DNA of 24,000 bases from an uncultured Actinomycetota bacterium (lineage in GTDB: Bacteria; Actinomycetota; Actinomycetes; Sporichthyales; Sporichthyaceae): assembly GCA_963756785.1 (NCBI GenBank), contig CAVWPF010000007.1:21117-45116 (forward strand), read 5' to 3'. Below are positions 7,299 to 13,907 of the stretch, piece by piece. The notes below the pieces were generated by a model that was not told where the DNA came from, searched no databases, and saw only the letters and a program-made list of their open reading frames with translations. The translations under genes were made by a program, and so were the position numbers. How positions within the stretch are numbered: the stretch's first letter is position 1; every line of letters starts with the position of its first letter.

Positions 7299-8905
7299 GG
7301 CGCCGGTCGGGTGGGGTGGGCGGCATTGCGGGAGCCGTAGGGCGAGACGGTCAGCAGCGGCGCAAGCTCGTGGGCGTTGGGCACGACCGGGGAGATCGCC
7401 ACCCCGGACATCTGGGCCCGGACCTGTTCGCGATAGCCGACGGAGTTGTAGGCACAGAACGGGATGAGCCGTCCGTCGGGGGTGATCTCCTCGACGCAGC
7501 ATTTGCGCAGCTGCTTGGTGTTAAGCGTGTAGGGGTCCTGGAAGTCCTGGACGATGATCGCGAAGACGTGATCGGTAAGGGTTCTGATGACCGCAGGCAG
7601 GTCGATCCCGCAGGCATCGTCGCAGTCGAGAGCTTCGGTGATCATCCGCAGCCGCTCGTCCGTCGGGCCGGCGCCAAGGTTGGCCGAGGCACTCCACAGC
7701 TTCTCCAACGCCTCCTGGATGGCCAGGTCGGGGATGACCCGGTTGCTGACGTAGTCCAGGTAGTCCCCGATCTCGATCAGTCGGGGGATGGGGAGTAGCG
7801 AGAAGTCGTCAGTGCCTGGGATCCCGTCGGTCAGCAGGTAGGTGATGGAGCGGCAGGTGGGGAAACAGCACGGGACGGGGAAGAAGTCGCTGGCCCGGAA
7901 CCACTCGGGCAACTGTGCGGCGATGCCGTGGATGATGTCGGGGTTGGTCAGGCGTGTCAGCGGGTCGAAGGGCACGTGGCGACCGGAATGGGTGACCGGC
8001 TGGAACGCCACCGACCGGACCGCGGGGTGCTCGAGGCCGAACCGGATGATCGCCCCGAGCTCGTGTTCGTTGACTCCCTTCTCCACCGCGGCGACCAACG
8101 TGACCGTGAGGCCGACCTCGGCGCAGTTGTCGAGGGCGCGGCGTTTGATCTCGCGCAGGTCCCGTCCGCGGATCGCGCGGCTGGTCGCCTCTTCCAGGCC
8201 ATCGAACTGCAGGTAGATGGAGAGCGGGCGCCCGGGGGTGTTGCGTTCGCCGAGTGCGGCGACGAAGCGGCGGTCCGAGGCCAGCCGGATGCCGTTGGTG
8301 TTCAGGGTGACGACCTTGATCGGGCGGGCCTGGGCCAGGTCGATGAACTCCAGGATCTGCTTGTGGATGGTCGGTTCCCCGCCGGAGAACATCACGACCT
8401 CCGGTTCGCCCTCCGCGGCCACGAAGGCGTCGAGCATCACCGCGCACTGCTCGGCGGTGATCGAGTACCCGTCGGGTTGGTGGCCCGAGTCCGCAAAGCA
8501 AATCGGGCAGTCGAGGTTGCAGCCGGTGTTCACCTCGATCAGGCCAAGACACGCGTGCTGCTTGTGGTCCGGGCACAGCCCGCAGTCCGACGGGCACCCC
8601 TCCACCACCTCGGTCTGAAAGGTGAGCGGGATCGTGCCGGGCTTGTTGAACCGCACCGAGTCCAGGTACATCTGCGCGTCGCTGTAGACCAGCGCCTCGA
8701 ACTGCCCGTGCTCGCGACACCGCTTGCGCAGGTACACCTTGTCCTCACGGATGTTTACTTCCGCGTCGATGGTCACCTTGCACACCGGGCAGATCGAGCG
8801 GGTTGCCTCCAGGAACACCTCGGGATGTTCCCGGCGCGGCGGTGTTGCAGCGGGCGGAAGAAGGTCGGTCACCGAGTTCCCTTCGGGCGGCGCGGGTGTC
8901 GACAC
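7295..8905 (-). CDS. Multi-cluster radical SAM enzyme (Tes / GDGT-MAS / class-D radical SAM methylase-like architecture)
   Basis: 536 aa. N-terminal CPVC..(21 aa)..CREH zinc-ribbon or rubredoxin-like motif. Auxiliary CPSDCGLCPDHKQHAC (Cx3Cx2Cx7C). Canonical radical SAM CNLDCPIC-F (Cx3Cx2C) and the GGE motif MFSGGEPT. C-terminal Cys motifs PVPCCFPTC and RKCCVEEITPDGRLIPFCAYN. Start is GTG 8905; an alternative GTG at 8869 is preceded by GAAGGG. Confidence 0.88.
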   Translation of the reverse strand: MSTPAPPEGNSVTDLLPPAATPPRREHPEVFLEATRSICPVCKVTIDAEVNIREDKVYLRKRCREHGQFEALVYSDAQMYLDSVRFNKPGTIPLTFQTEVVEGCPSDCGLCPDHKQHACLGLIEVNTGCNLDCPICFADSGHQPDGYSITAEQCAVMLDAFVAAEGEPEVVMFSGGEPTIHKQILEFIDLAQARPIKVVTLNTNGIRLASDRRFVAALGERNTPGRPLSIYLQFDGLEEATSRAIRGRDLREIKRRALDNCAEVGLTVTLVAAVEKGVNEHELGAIIRFGLEHPAVRSVAFQPVTHSGRHVPFDPLTRLTNPDIIHGIAAQLPEWFRASDFFPVPCCFPTCRSITYLLTDGIPGTDDFSLLPIPRLIEIGDYLDYVSNRVIPDLAIQEALEKLWSASANLGAGPTDERLRMITEALDCDDACGIDLPAVIRTLTDHVFAIIVQDFQDPYTLNTKQLRKCCVEEITPDGRLIPFCAYNSVGYREQVRAQMSGVAISPVVPNAHELAPLLTVSPYGSRNAAHPTRPAP

Positions 8906-8942
8906 CCAGACAACTCTGGTGGTCGCTCGGCCGCGACCGTGC

Positions 8943-8958
8943 TGTCAGCGTTCTGACA
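8943..8958. promoter_or_regulatory. Box 1: TGTCAG-CGTT-CTGACA perfect palindrome upstream of the radical SAM operon
   Basis: Read directly: gcTGTCAGCGTTCTGACAtc. Its centre is 45.5 nt upstream of the GTG at 8905, in the 97-nt gap between the 9003..9224 gene and the radical SAM gene. Confidence 0.7.
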
Positions 8959-9002
8959 TCCCTGGGTGCGGCAGATGAGGAGAACGAGGGTCGATGGTCT
9001 CA

Positions 9003-9224
9003 TCAGTGCGCCGCGCGAAGCCCGAGCAGCCCAGCGAGGATGAGGACGAGACCGATCACGACCAACCGCACTGAGGCCCATCGCCAGGTGAGCGTGAGCG
9101 CTGCGATGGCCAGCACCAAGAACACACTTCCCTGGATCGCCACGACGCGATCTGTAGGTGGGAGCAGGATCTCCTCCCACCACGGGCGGTCCACCGCTTC
9201 CCCCTTGCTGATCAGCTTCTCCAC
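9003..9224 (-). CDS. Small two-TM membrane protein (hypothetical)
   Basis: 73 aa (63 aa from the internal GTG preceded by AGGGGGA). Two hydrophobic helices, VVAIQGSVFLVLAIAALTLTW and LVVIGLVLILAGLLGL. GC3 is high. It has its own palindromic box upstream. I recognise no family. Confidence 0.5.
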   Translation of the reverse strand: MEKLISKGEAVDRPWWEEILLPPTDRVVAIQGSVFLVLAIAALTLTWRWASVRLVVIGLVLILAGLLGLRAAH

Positions 9225-9266
9225 AGCTCCCAGGCTGCCTGCAGGTGAAGTCCCGCGACTGGGTGG

Positions 9267-9282
9267 TGTCAGCGAGCTGACA
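9267..9282. promoter_or_regulatory. Box 2: TGTCAG-CGAG-CTGACA perfect palindrome upstream of the small TM-protein gene
   Basis: Read directly: ggTGTCAGCGAGCTGACAag. Its centre is 50.5 nt upstream of the GTG at 9224, in the 82-nt gap after the glutaredoxin-like gene. Confidence 0.7.
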
Positions 9283-9306
9283 AGGTCCGGCTCGGGTGTG
9301 CCCTAT

Positions 9307-9651
9307 TCAGCGCCCGCGCGGCAAGCGTCGGCGAAGCCACCCCACCAACCCGCGGCGACCAGCAGTGTCGCGTCCAGCCGGCAGCAGTTCCGGGGCGAGG
9401 TCGGCGACGGCGCTAAGGACGTCCCGGAGGCGGGGAGCGACCAAGGCGCGAGCGCCGATGAAGACGGTGGGCACGGTCTCGTTCCCGCCGGCCACAGCGC
9501 GCACCCGCGCCGCGCCGGCGGGCTCGGCCCAGATGTTGGTCTCGCGGGTCGGGATGCCGGTCCGCGCCAGCCCTCGACGGAGGCGGCCGCAGAAGGGGCA
9601 CGATGGGCGCCAGTACACCTCGACCACCTCGATCCTCTTGGTGCGGCTCAC
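9307..9651 (-). CDS. Glutaredoxin-like / mycoredoxin-like thiol-disulfide oxidoreductase
   Basis: Start re-set to GTG 9651-9649, which overlaps the upstream TGA (9650-9648) as GTGA. Translation VSRTKRIEVVEVYWRPSCPFCGRLRRGLARTGIPTRETNIWAEPAGAARVRAVAGGNETVPTVFIG shows a CPFC active site and the cis-Pro TVPTV block of the thioredoxin fold. The track start at 9834 overlaps the upstream gene. Confidence 0.75.
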   Translation of the reverse strand: MSRTKRIEVVEVYWRPSCPFCGRLRRGLARTGIPTRETNIWAEPAGAARVRAVAGGNETVPTVFIGARALVAPRLRDVLSAVADLAPELLPAGRDTAGRRGLVGWLRRRLPRGR

Positions 9652-10070
9652 GCGAACCGCTCCAACCAGGACGTGAGTGCGTAGAGCCCCGCGTAGGTTG
9701 CGACGGCGATCCCGATCAAACCGAGCAGCCGGGTGCGGATGCGCCGGACTCCGGCGACCGAGCAGGCGTTCTGGCGGCGCAACGACCACCAGACCAGGCC
9801 GGCCAGAACGGCGAGGCCCGCCACGCGGAACCACCAGGCGTAGCCGTCATACAGCGTGTTCCCCCAGCTCAACGCCGTTGCCCCGCTGACCACCCCGACG
9901 GCGGCCAGGACGGTGGGACCGACGCAGCACAGGATTCCGGTAACGCCGGCCAGGACGCCGATCCGCCACCGCGGCGGTGCGGGCGGGTTCGATGACGGCA
10001 ATCCCAACGGCGGACCCGTCGCGGGCCGGCGATCGCGCGTCGTGTCGGTGTTCCGCGGCGGAGGGTTCAC
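9648..10070 (-). CDS. MerT-like three-TM transporter (mercuric/soft-metal transport protein superfamily)
   Basis: Start re-set to GTG 10070-10068, which overlaps the DUF427 TGA (10069-10067) as GTGA. TM1 GVTGILCCVGPTVLAAVGVVSGATALSWGN parallels Tn501 MerT SACCLGPLVLIALGFSGAWIGN (from memory). TM2 is followed by the loop WWSLRRQNACSVAG (MerT: AWRRIYRPAQACKPGDVC), but with a single Cys. TM3 is LLGLIGIAVATYAGLYAL. Confidence 0.65.
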   Translation of the reverse strand: MNPPPRNTDTTRDRRPATGPPLGLPSSNPPAPPRWRIGVLAGVTGILCCVGPTVLAAVGVVSGATALSWGNTLYDGYAWWFRVAGLAVLAGLVWWSLRRQNACSVAGVRRIRTRLLGLIGIAVATYAGLYALTSWLERFA

Positions 10071-10390
10071 CGGCGGTTCGCGGGGTGGACTTCGCGGACC
10101 TCCACGCCGTGCCAGAAGGCGACGTAGTTCTTGATCCGGCGGGCCAACGGGGAGGGGTGCGGGTAGTACCAGGCGGCAGCCGGGTTGACGATGCCGTCGA
10201 CCTCGACGTCGTAGTAGCGCGCCTTTCCCTTCCAGGGGCACAGCGAGGTACGGGTCGAGGCCGTCAGGTGCTCCTCGCGCAGGGAGTCCGGGGGGAAGTA
10301 GACGTTGCCCTCCACTCGTCGGATCTCGCTGGATTCGGCGATCACCGTGTCGTTCCACACCGCCTGCCACGTGCTCTTCATCGAACTCAT
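10067..10390 (-). CDS. DUF427 domain protein
   Basis: 107 aa. AESSEIRRVEGNVYFPPDSL....L..S...S.CPWKGKARYYDV.....V..AAWYYP.P...A..I.NYVAFW matches the DUF427 signature I recall (EGN.YFP, CPWKG.A.YY, VAFW). ATG is preceded by GGAAGGG. Confidence 0.85.
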   Translation of the reverse strand: MSSMKSTWQAVWNDTVIAESSEIRRVEGNVYFPPDSLREEHLTASTRTSLCPWKGKARYYDVEVDGIVNPAAAWYYPHPSPLARRIKNYVAFWHGVEVREVHPANRR

Positions 10391-10473
10391 CCCTTCCGCG
10401 TACGTTCTGATCTCGACCTGAGATGGAGCCTCGCCTCAGCAGAACACCGGGCGAACCGCTCGGTCGGTGACCG

Positions 10474-10489
10474 TGTCAGTGATCTGACA
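10474..10489. promoter_or_regulatory. Box 3: TGTCAG-TGAT-CTGACA perfect palindrome upstream of the DUF427 / MerT-like / Grx-like operon
   Basis: Read directly: cgTGTCAGTGATCTGACAga. It overlaps the stop codon (10478-10476) of the CPTC membrane-protein gene. Its centre is 91.5 nt upstream of the DUF427 ATG. Confidence 0.7.
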
Positions 10490-11042
10490 GAACCTGACCG
10501 AGGCGGCACGCGGGCGGCTGCAGCCGCCGATGCAGCGCCAGCAGCAAGACCGCGAGGGCCACCACACCGATCAGCGGCTGGACCGGTGCGAACAGTGAGA
10601 GTGCGCCCCCGGTGCCCAGGGCGGCCACGGCGGCAGCGTTGCACGTGGGGCACCCGATCGCGATGAGCGAGAGCAGACCACCGCCGACCGTCTGCCCGCC
10701 GCCGGTCTCGCTCGGGACCAGCCTGGGAGAACCGCCGCCACTGCTCATGGCTGCGAACCACATGCCCATGATGACCGCGGACAAGGCCCACAGCGGATAA
10801 GCCCAGAGCGGCGCAGGGATTGGGCGGGAGTACAACGAAGTGTCGATGATCCCGGTGGGTACCCCGGACACCAGGGCCGCTGCGATCGCGCTCAGCGTCG
10901 CGATCGTCCAACGCCGCGCACTCCACGACCGCAGGACGAGGACGTCTTCGTGCAGAGCGGTTCGGTAAGCGGCGACGCTCTGGGTCCGGCGCTGCCGTGC
11001 GGCTGCGCTCGGTGGTGGTCCGGGGGGAGTGGTCGCCGTCAT
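10476..11042 (-). CDS. Integral membrane protein with an intramembrane CPTC motif (hypothetical)
   Basis: 188 aa. It has an Arg-rich N-terminal tail and 4-5 hydrophobic segments. LLSLIAIGCPTCNAAAVAALGTGGALSLFAPVQPLIGVVALAVLLLAL carries a CxxC inside a predicted helix. I cannot name a family. Confidence 0.65.
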   Translation of the reverse strand: MTATTPPGPPPSAAARQRRTQSVAAYRTALHEDVLVLRSWSARRWTIATLSAIAAALVSGVPTGIIDTSLYSRPIPAPLWAYPLWALSAVIMGMWFAAMSSGGGSPRLVPSETGGGQTVGGGLLSLIAIGCPTCNAAAVAALGTGGALSLFAPVQPLIGVVALAVLLLALHRRLQPPACRLGQVLSDH

Positions 11043-11083
11043 ACCTCAACCTTCGGGTCCGCGGCAGGCTCGGAGTGGTGAGG

Positions 11084-11099
11084 TGTCAGGGAACTGACA
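11084..11099. promoter_or_regulatory. Box 4: TGTCAG-GGAA-CTGACA perfect palindrome upstream of the CPTC membrane-protein gene
   Basis: Read directly: ggTGTCAGGGAACTGACAat. Its centre is 49.5 nt upstream of the ATG at 11042, in the 97-nt gap after the Crp/Fnr gene. Confidence 0.7.
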
Positions 11100-11139
11100 A
11101 TCGATGTGCCCGGCCCGGCCGATCGCGTGGCCTGGTGAC

Positions 11140-11799
11140 TCACGCGAGTAGGGCTGCGAGCTTTCCCCGGTCGGTAATGGTGATCCTGCGGTAGGCCAGG
11201 GAGATCAGGCCGTGGCCTGCGAGTTCCTGAAGGACCTTGTTCAGGCTGGGGCGACGGGCCCCGAGCATGGCCGCCAGGGTGCTCTGGGAGATCGTGACCA
11301 CTCCCTCGTCGTCGGCCTCGTCGAGAAGCAGCTGTGCGGCCTGTGCGGTGAGTTTGCCCCCGAGCAGGCCGATCAACCGGTTCTGACTGTGGGCCAGCCG
11401 GGCCGCGACGCTGGCCAGCCAGCGCCGTGCGATCTGGCCGTGGCCGGCGATGATTGTCTCGAAGTCCTCCGGGGAGAGGTAGAGGCACTCGGCGTGCTCG
11501 AGGGCGCGGGCGGTGTACGGCATCGGCATGCCCAGCAGCAGAGGCACATCGCCCTCGATGTCGCCCGGTCGCAGTAGCGCCAGCACGGCGCGCTTGCGCC
11601 CCGAGCCGATCGAGAGTTCCACCCGCCCCGAGCGCACCAGCCACACCCCGGCTGAGGAGGCGTCCGGGCCGAAGAGGCGCTCGCCCGGCTCCAGGCTGCG
11701 CAGCTGCAGGTGATTGGCCAGCGCTGTCACGTCGGCGGGGGTGAGCGGAACAGCCGCACCGCGACCCACGCAGCGGGCCACCCAGGCCGCATGGCGCAC
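11140..11799 (-). CDS. Crp/Fnr-family transcriptional regulator
   Basis: N-terminal cNMP-binding-like beta-roll (LEPGERLFGPDASSAGVWLVRSGRVELSIG....LALLRPGDIEGDVPLL), a dimerisation helix, and a C-terminal wHTH (ISQSTLAAMLGARRPSLNKVLQELAGHGLI). Start re-set to GTG 11799 (219 aa, normal for the family) because box 5 lies inside the 5' extension of the track ORF (11934). The exact start is uncertain; other in-frame GTGs lie within the next 30 codons. Confidence 0.82.
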   Translation of the reverse strand: MRHAAWVARCVGRGAAVPLTPADVTALANHLQLRSLEPGERLFGPDASSAGVWLVRSGRVELSIGSGRKRAVLALLRPGDIEGDVPLLLGMPMPYTARALEHAECLYLSPEDFETIIAGHGQIARRWLASVAARLAHSQNRLIGLLGGKLTAQAAQLLLDEADDEGVVTISQSTLAAMLGARRPSLNKVLQELAGHGLISLAYRRITITDRGKLAALLA

Positions 11800-11835
11800 G
11801 GCGGCGGGGTCGGGCCCGCGCCGGGGGAGGACCTG

Positions 11836-11851
11836 TGTCAGCACGCTGACA
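11836..11851. promoter_or_regulatory. Box 5: TGTCAG-CACG-CTGACA perfect palindrome upstream of the Crp/Fnr gene (autoregulation candidate) in the divergent intergenic region
   Basis: Read directly: tgTGTCAGCACGCTGACAct. Its centre is 44.5 nt upstream of the proposed GTG 11799 and about 185 nt upstream of the divergent + strand gene at 12029. Confidence 0.7.
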
Positions 11852-12028
11852 CTGTATGCCGCCGCCGGTGGGCGACGACGGGATCGTGAGGCGTGGGGGC
11901 GCCCCTTCGGGATCTTCACGTGACGCAGGTGCAATCACCACGGGCCCGGCAGCGTCCCACTCGATGGACCCGCACTCACCCGAACCGGATCTGACCGGCC
12001 AGGGGCGCGACGATGGAGAGGAACACCG

Positions 12029-12559
12029 ATGGGGACTGTGCCCGGAACCGCCACCTCGGATGCGTTGACCATGCGGCTGTTCCGCGGAGCGATCGGGGGT
12101 GTCGGCGCCGGCCTGCTGTTCATCTGGGCCACGATGTGGTTCGCCTCGGAGATGCCCGACGGCAAGTCGGAGATGCCGCTACGGATGATCTCGACGATCC
12201 TCAAGGGCGACGGCGCGATGATGGAGGGCACGACCAGCGTCGGGCAGGGCTGGGCGATTCACCTGGTCCTCTCAGCTGCCTTCGGCATCACCTTCGCGCT
12301 CCTCACCCCGATGATGAAGACCAACGGGACGGTGCTGCTGGCGGGAACGATGTACGGCGCGATGCTCTACGTCGTCAATTTCCTGATCCTCGCACCGCTG
12401 GCGTTCACCACCTTCGAGGATGCCAACCAGCCCTTCGAGTTGGTCGTGCACATCGTCTTCGGCACGGTGATGGCGATGGCGTTTCTGTCCAGCGGGCCAC
12501 GACGCAACGAACCGGTGTGCGCGATGGACAAGCCCGCCCTGCACACCGCCGGCGTCTGA
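12029..12559 (+). CDS. Hypothetical integral membrane protein
   Basis: 176 aa with four hydrophobic segments (GVGAGLLFIWATMWF, WAIHLVLSAAFGITFALL, VLLAGTMYGAMLYVVNFLILAPL, VVHIVFGTVMAMAFL). ATG is preceded by GGAGAGG. An alternative ATG at 12071 would give MRLFRG. It ends 27 nt before the ECF sigma gene. Confidence 0.6.
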   Translation: MGTVPGTATSDALTMRLFRGAIGGVGAGLLFIWATMWFASEMPDGKSEMPLRMISTILKGDGAMMEGTTSVGQGWAIHLVLSAAFGITFALLTPMMKTNGTVLLAGTMYGAMLYVVNFLILAPLAFTTFEDANQPFELVVHIVFGTVMAMAFLSSGPRRNEPVCAMDKPALHTAGV

Positions 12560-12586
12560 CGGTCTCATCCGTTTCCGGGTGCAGCC

Positions 12587-13171
12587 GTGAACTCGCCACC
12601 GGCCGGTGCCGACTTCGTCGGCACCGTGATGCCGTCGGTGGATCTGGTGCACAACCTGGCCCGCCGGCTCGTCCGTCGACCCGAGGACGCCGCGGATCTG
12701 GTGCAGGACACCCTGACCCGGGCCTGGGAGGCCTGGACCCGTGGTGTTCGGCCCGAATCGGTCCCCGCGTGGTTGTCCACCATCTGTCTCAACCTTGCGC
12801 GCGACCAGGCCCGCCGGGCGGCCCGGCGCCGCGAGACCGGCTGGGACCAGTCTCCCGAGCCGGCGGCGGAGGTCGACGTCGCCGGGGCGGCGATCGCCCG
12901 GGTCCAACGGGCACAGATCGAGGCAGCCTTGTGGGCGCTGCCCGAGGTTCAACGGATCGCGATCGTGCTGATGGACATCTGCGGGCTCAGCGCAGCGGAG
13001 GTGGGCGCGGTTCTCGACGCACCGCGGGGAACCGTCCTGGCCCGGGTTCATCGAGGGCGCAAAGCGTTGGCGGCCGAGGTGGCCCGCCGGGCCCGACGAC
13101 CCGACCCCCGACAGGCCGTAGACCGCCGAGATGCCGTAGCGGAGGACTCCGATGACCAGCCCCCCGCATGA
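12587..13171 (+). CDS. ECF-type RNA polymerase sigma-70 family factor
   Basis: Region 2 (PEDAADLVQDTLTRAWEAW....PAWLSTICLNLARDQARR) and region 4.2 (LPEVQRIAIVLMDICGLSAAEVGAVLDAPRGTVLARVHRGRKAL) are clear. The start at GTG 12587 is tentative. Confidence 0.9.
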   Translation: MNSPPAGADFVGTVMPSVDLVHNLARRLVRRPEDAADLVQDTLTRAWEAWTRGVRPESVPAWLSTICLNLARDQARRAARRRETGWDQSPEPAAEVDVAGAAIARVQRAQIEAALWALPEVQRIAIVLMDICGLSAAEVGAVLDAPRGTVLARVHRGRKALAAEVARRARRPDPRQAVDRRDAVAEDSDDQPPA

Positions 13172-13907
13172 TCCGGAGGCCGCAGCTGCGGCCTACCTCG
13201 CTGCTGACTTCAGCCCGGACGGACGAGGGGAATTCGAGGCGCACCTCCTCGAATGCGAAGCGTGTTGGGGTGAGGTTCGCAGTGCCCGGGACGGCCGCGC
13301 GCTGGCAGAAGATCTGCGCGAGAGCGCTCCCCAGGCGGCGCGGGAATTTCTGCGCACACTCGGCTCCGACACCGGTGGGGCCGGCGGGGATGCCACAGGC
13401 GTTGCCGTCAGCCGATCCGCCGGTACCGGGCAAGGGCAGCGACGATCCTGGCTCTCGATCGCGGCGGCGGTCATCGCCGGTGCCGCGCTCACCGGCGGGC
13501 TGCTGCTCGGTCCGCTGAGCGAGGGTTCCCAGGATGGCCGCGCGCAGCTCGCCGCCGCCGCCGCCCTCTACACCGACGACGCTCTCGCCGTCGTGCGCAC
13601 CGGAACACCGCCGGTTGTCCGGCTGGGGGCCCTGGGGTGGCGCGGCACCTCGACCGCATCGTTGGCCGGCCAGCCGGCCACGGTCCACCGCTACGCCGAT
13701 GCCGGAGGGCACCGGGTGCTCCTGGTCAGTTCCCTGCGCGAGTTCCCGAGGCCGAAGGACGCCCAGACGGTGCTCGGATCGAGCTGGAGCGCCCGGATCG
13801 ACGGCACCGCCATCTTCTGTGTCGATCACGGTGGTCTGTCCTGGCTGGTGATCGGTGCATCCCGTGACCTGGCGATCGAGGCCGGTCGGCAGGCGGGGCT
13901 GGCATGA
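13152..13907 (+). CDS. Membrane-anchored anti-sigma factor with a zf-HC2 / ZAS motif
   Basis: ATG is preceded by GGAGGA and overlaps the sigma gene by 20 nt. N-terminal EFEAHLLECEACW is H-x3-C-x2-C. There is a single TM, WLSIAAAVIAGAALTGGLLLG, and a roughly 130-aa extracytoplasmic domain. Its stop overlaps the next ATG as ATGA. Confidence 0.8.
   Translation: MTSPPHDPEAAAAAYLAADFSPDGRGEFEAHLLECEACWGEVRSARDGRALAEDLRESAPQAAREFLRTLGSDTGGAGGDATGVAVSRSAGTGQGQRRSWLSIAAAVIAGAALTGGLLLGPLSEGSQDGRAQLAAAAALYTDDALAVVRTGTPPVVRLGALGWRGTSTASLAGQPATVHRYADAGGHRVLLVSSLREFPRPKDAQTVLGSSWSARIDGTAIFCVDHGGLSWLVIGASRDLAIEAGRQAGLA

Noticed and set aside
5140-8956. Plus-strand ORFs 5140..6111, 5225..6532, 6519..7340 and 7928..8956, and minus ORFs 5909..6571 and 7809..8720
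   Set aside because: They are antisense or off-frame to the flavoprotein, methyltransferase and radical SAM genes. None has motifs, and all have shadow-ORF composition.
5107-11042. Canonical mer (mercury resistance) or ars operon
   Set aside because: MerR, MerP, MerB, ArsR, ArsB/Acr3 and ArsC are absent. The MerA-like protein lacks NmerA and the C-terminal Cys pair. Regulation appears to be by a Crp/Fnr protein. Only individual folds are shared with mer/ars systems.
11916-11923. TCACGTGA palindrome (and the GGGGCGCCCC palindrome at 11896-11905) in the divergent intergenic region
   Set aside because: Both are too short and occur only once, so they are compatible with chance in GC-rich DNA. 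There are no matching copies elsewhere in the locus.
12044-12066. ECF-type promoter candidate GGAAC-N14-CGTT just upstream of the alternative ATG 12071
   Set aside because: The spacer is 2-3 nt shorter than the usual ECF -35/-10 spacing, and the element lies inside the preferred reading frame of the 12029 gene. It is not reportable without transcription start data.
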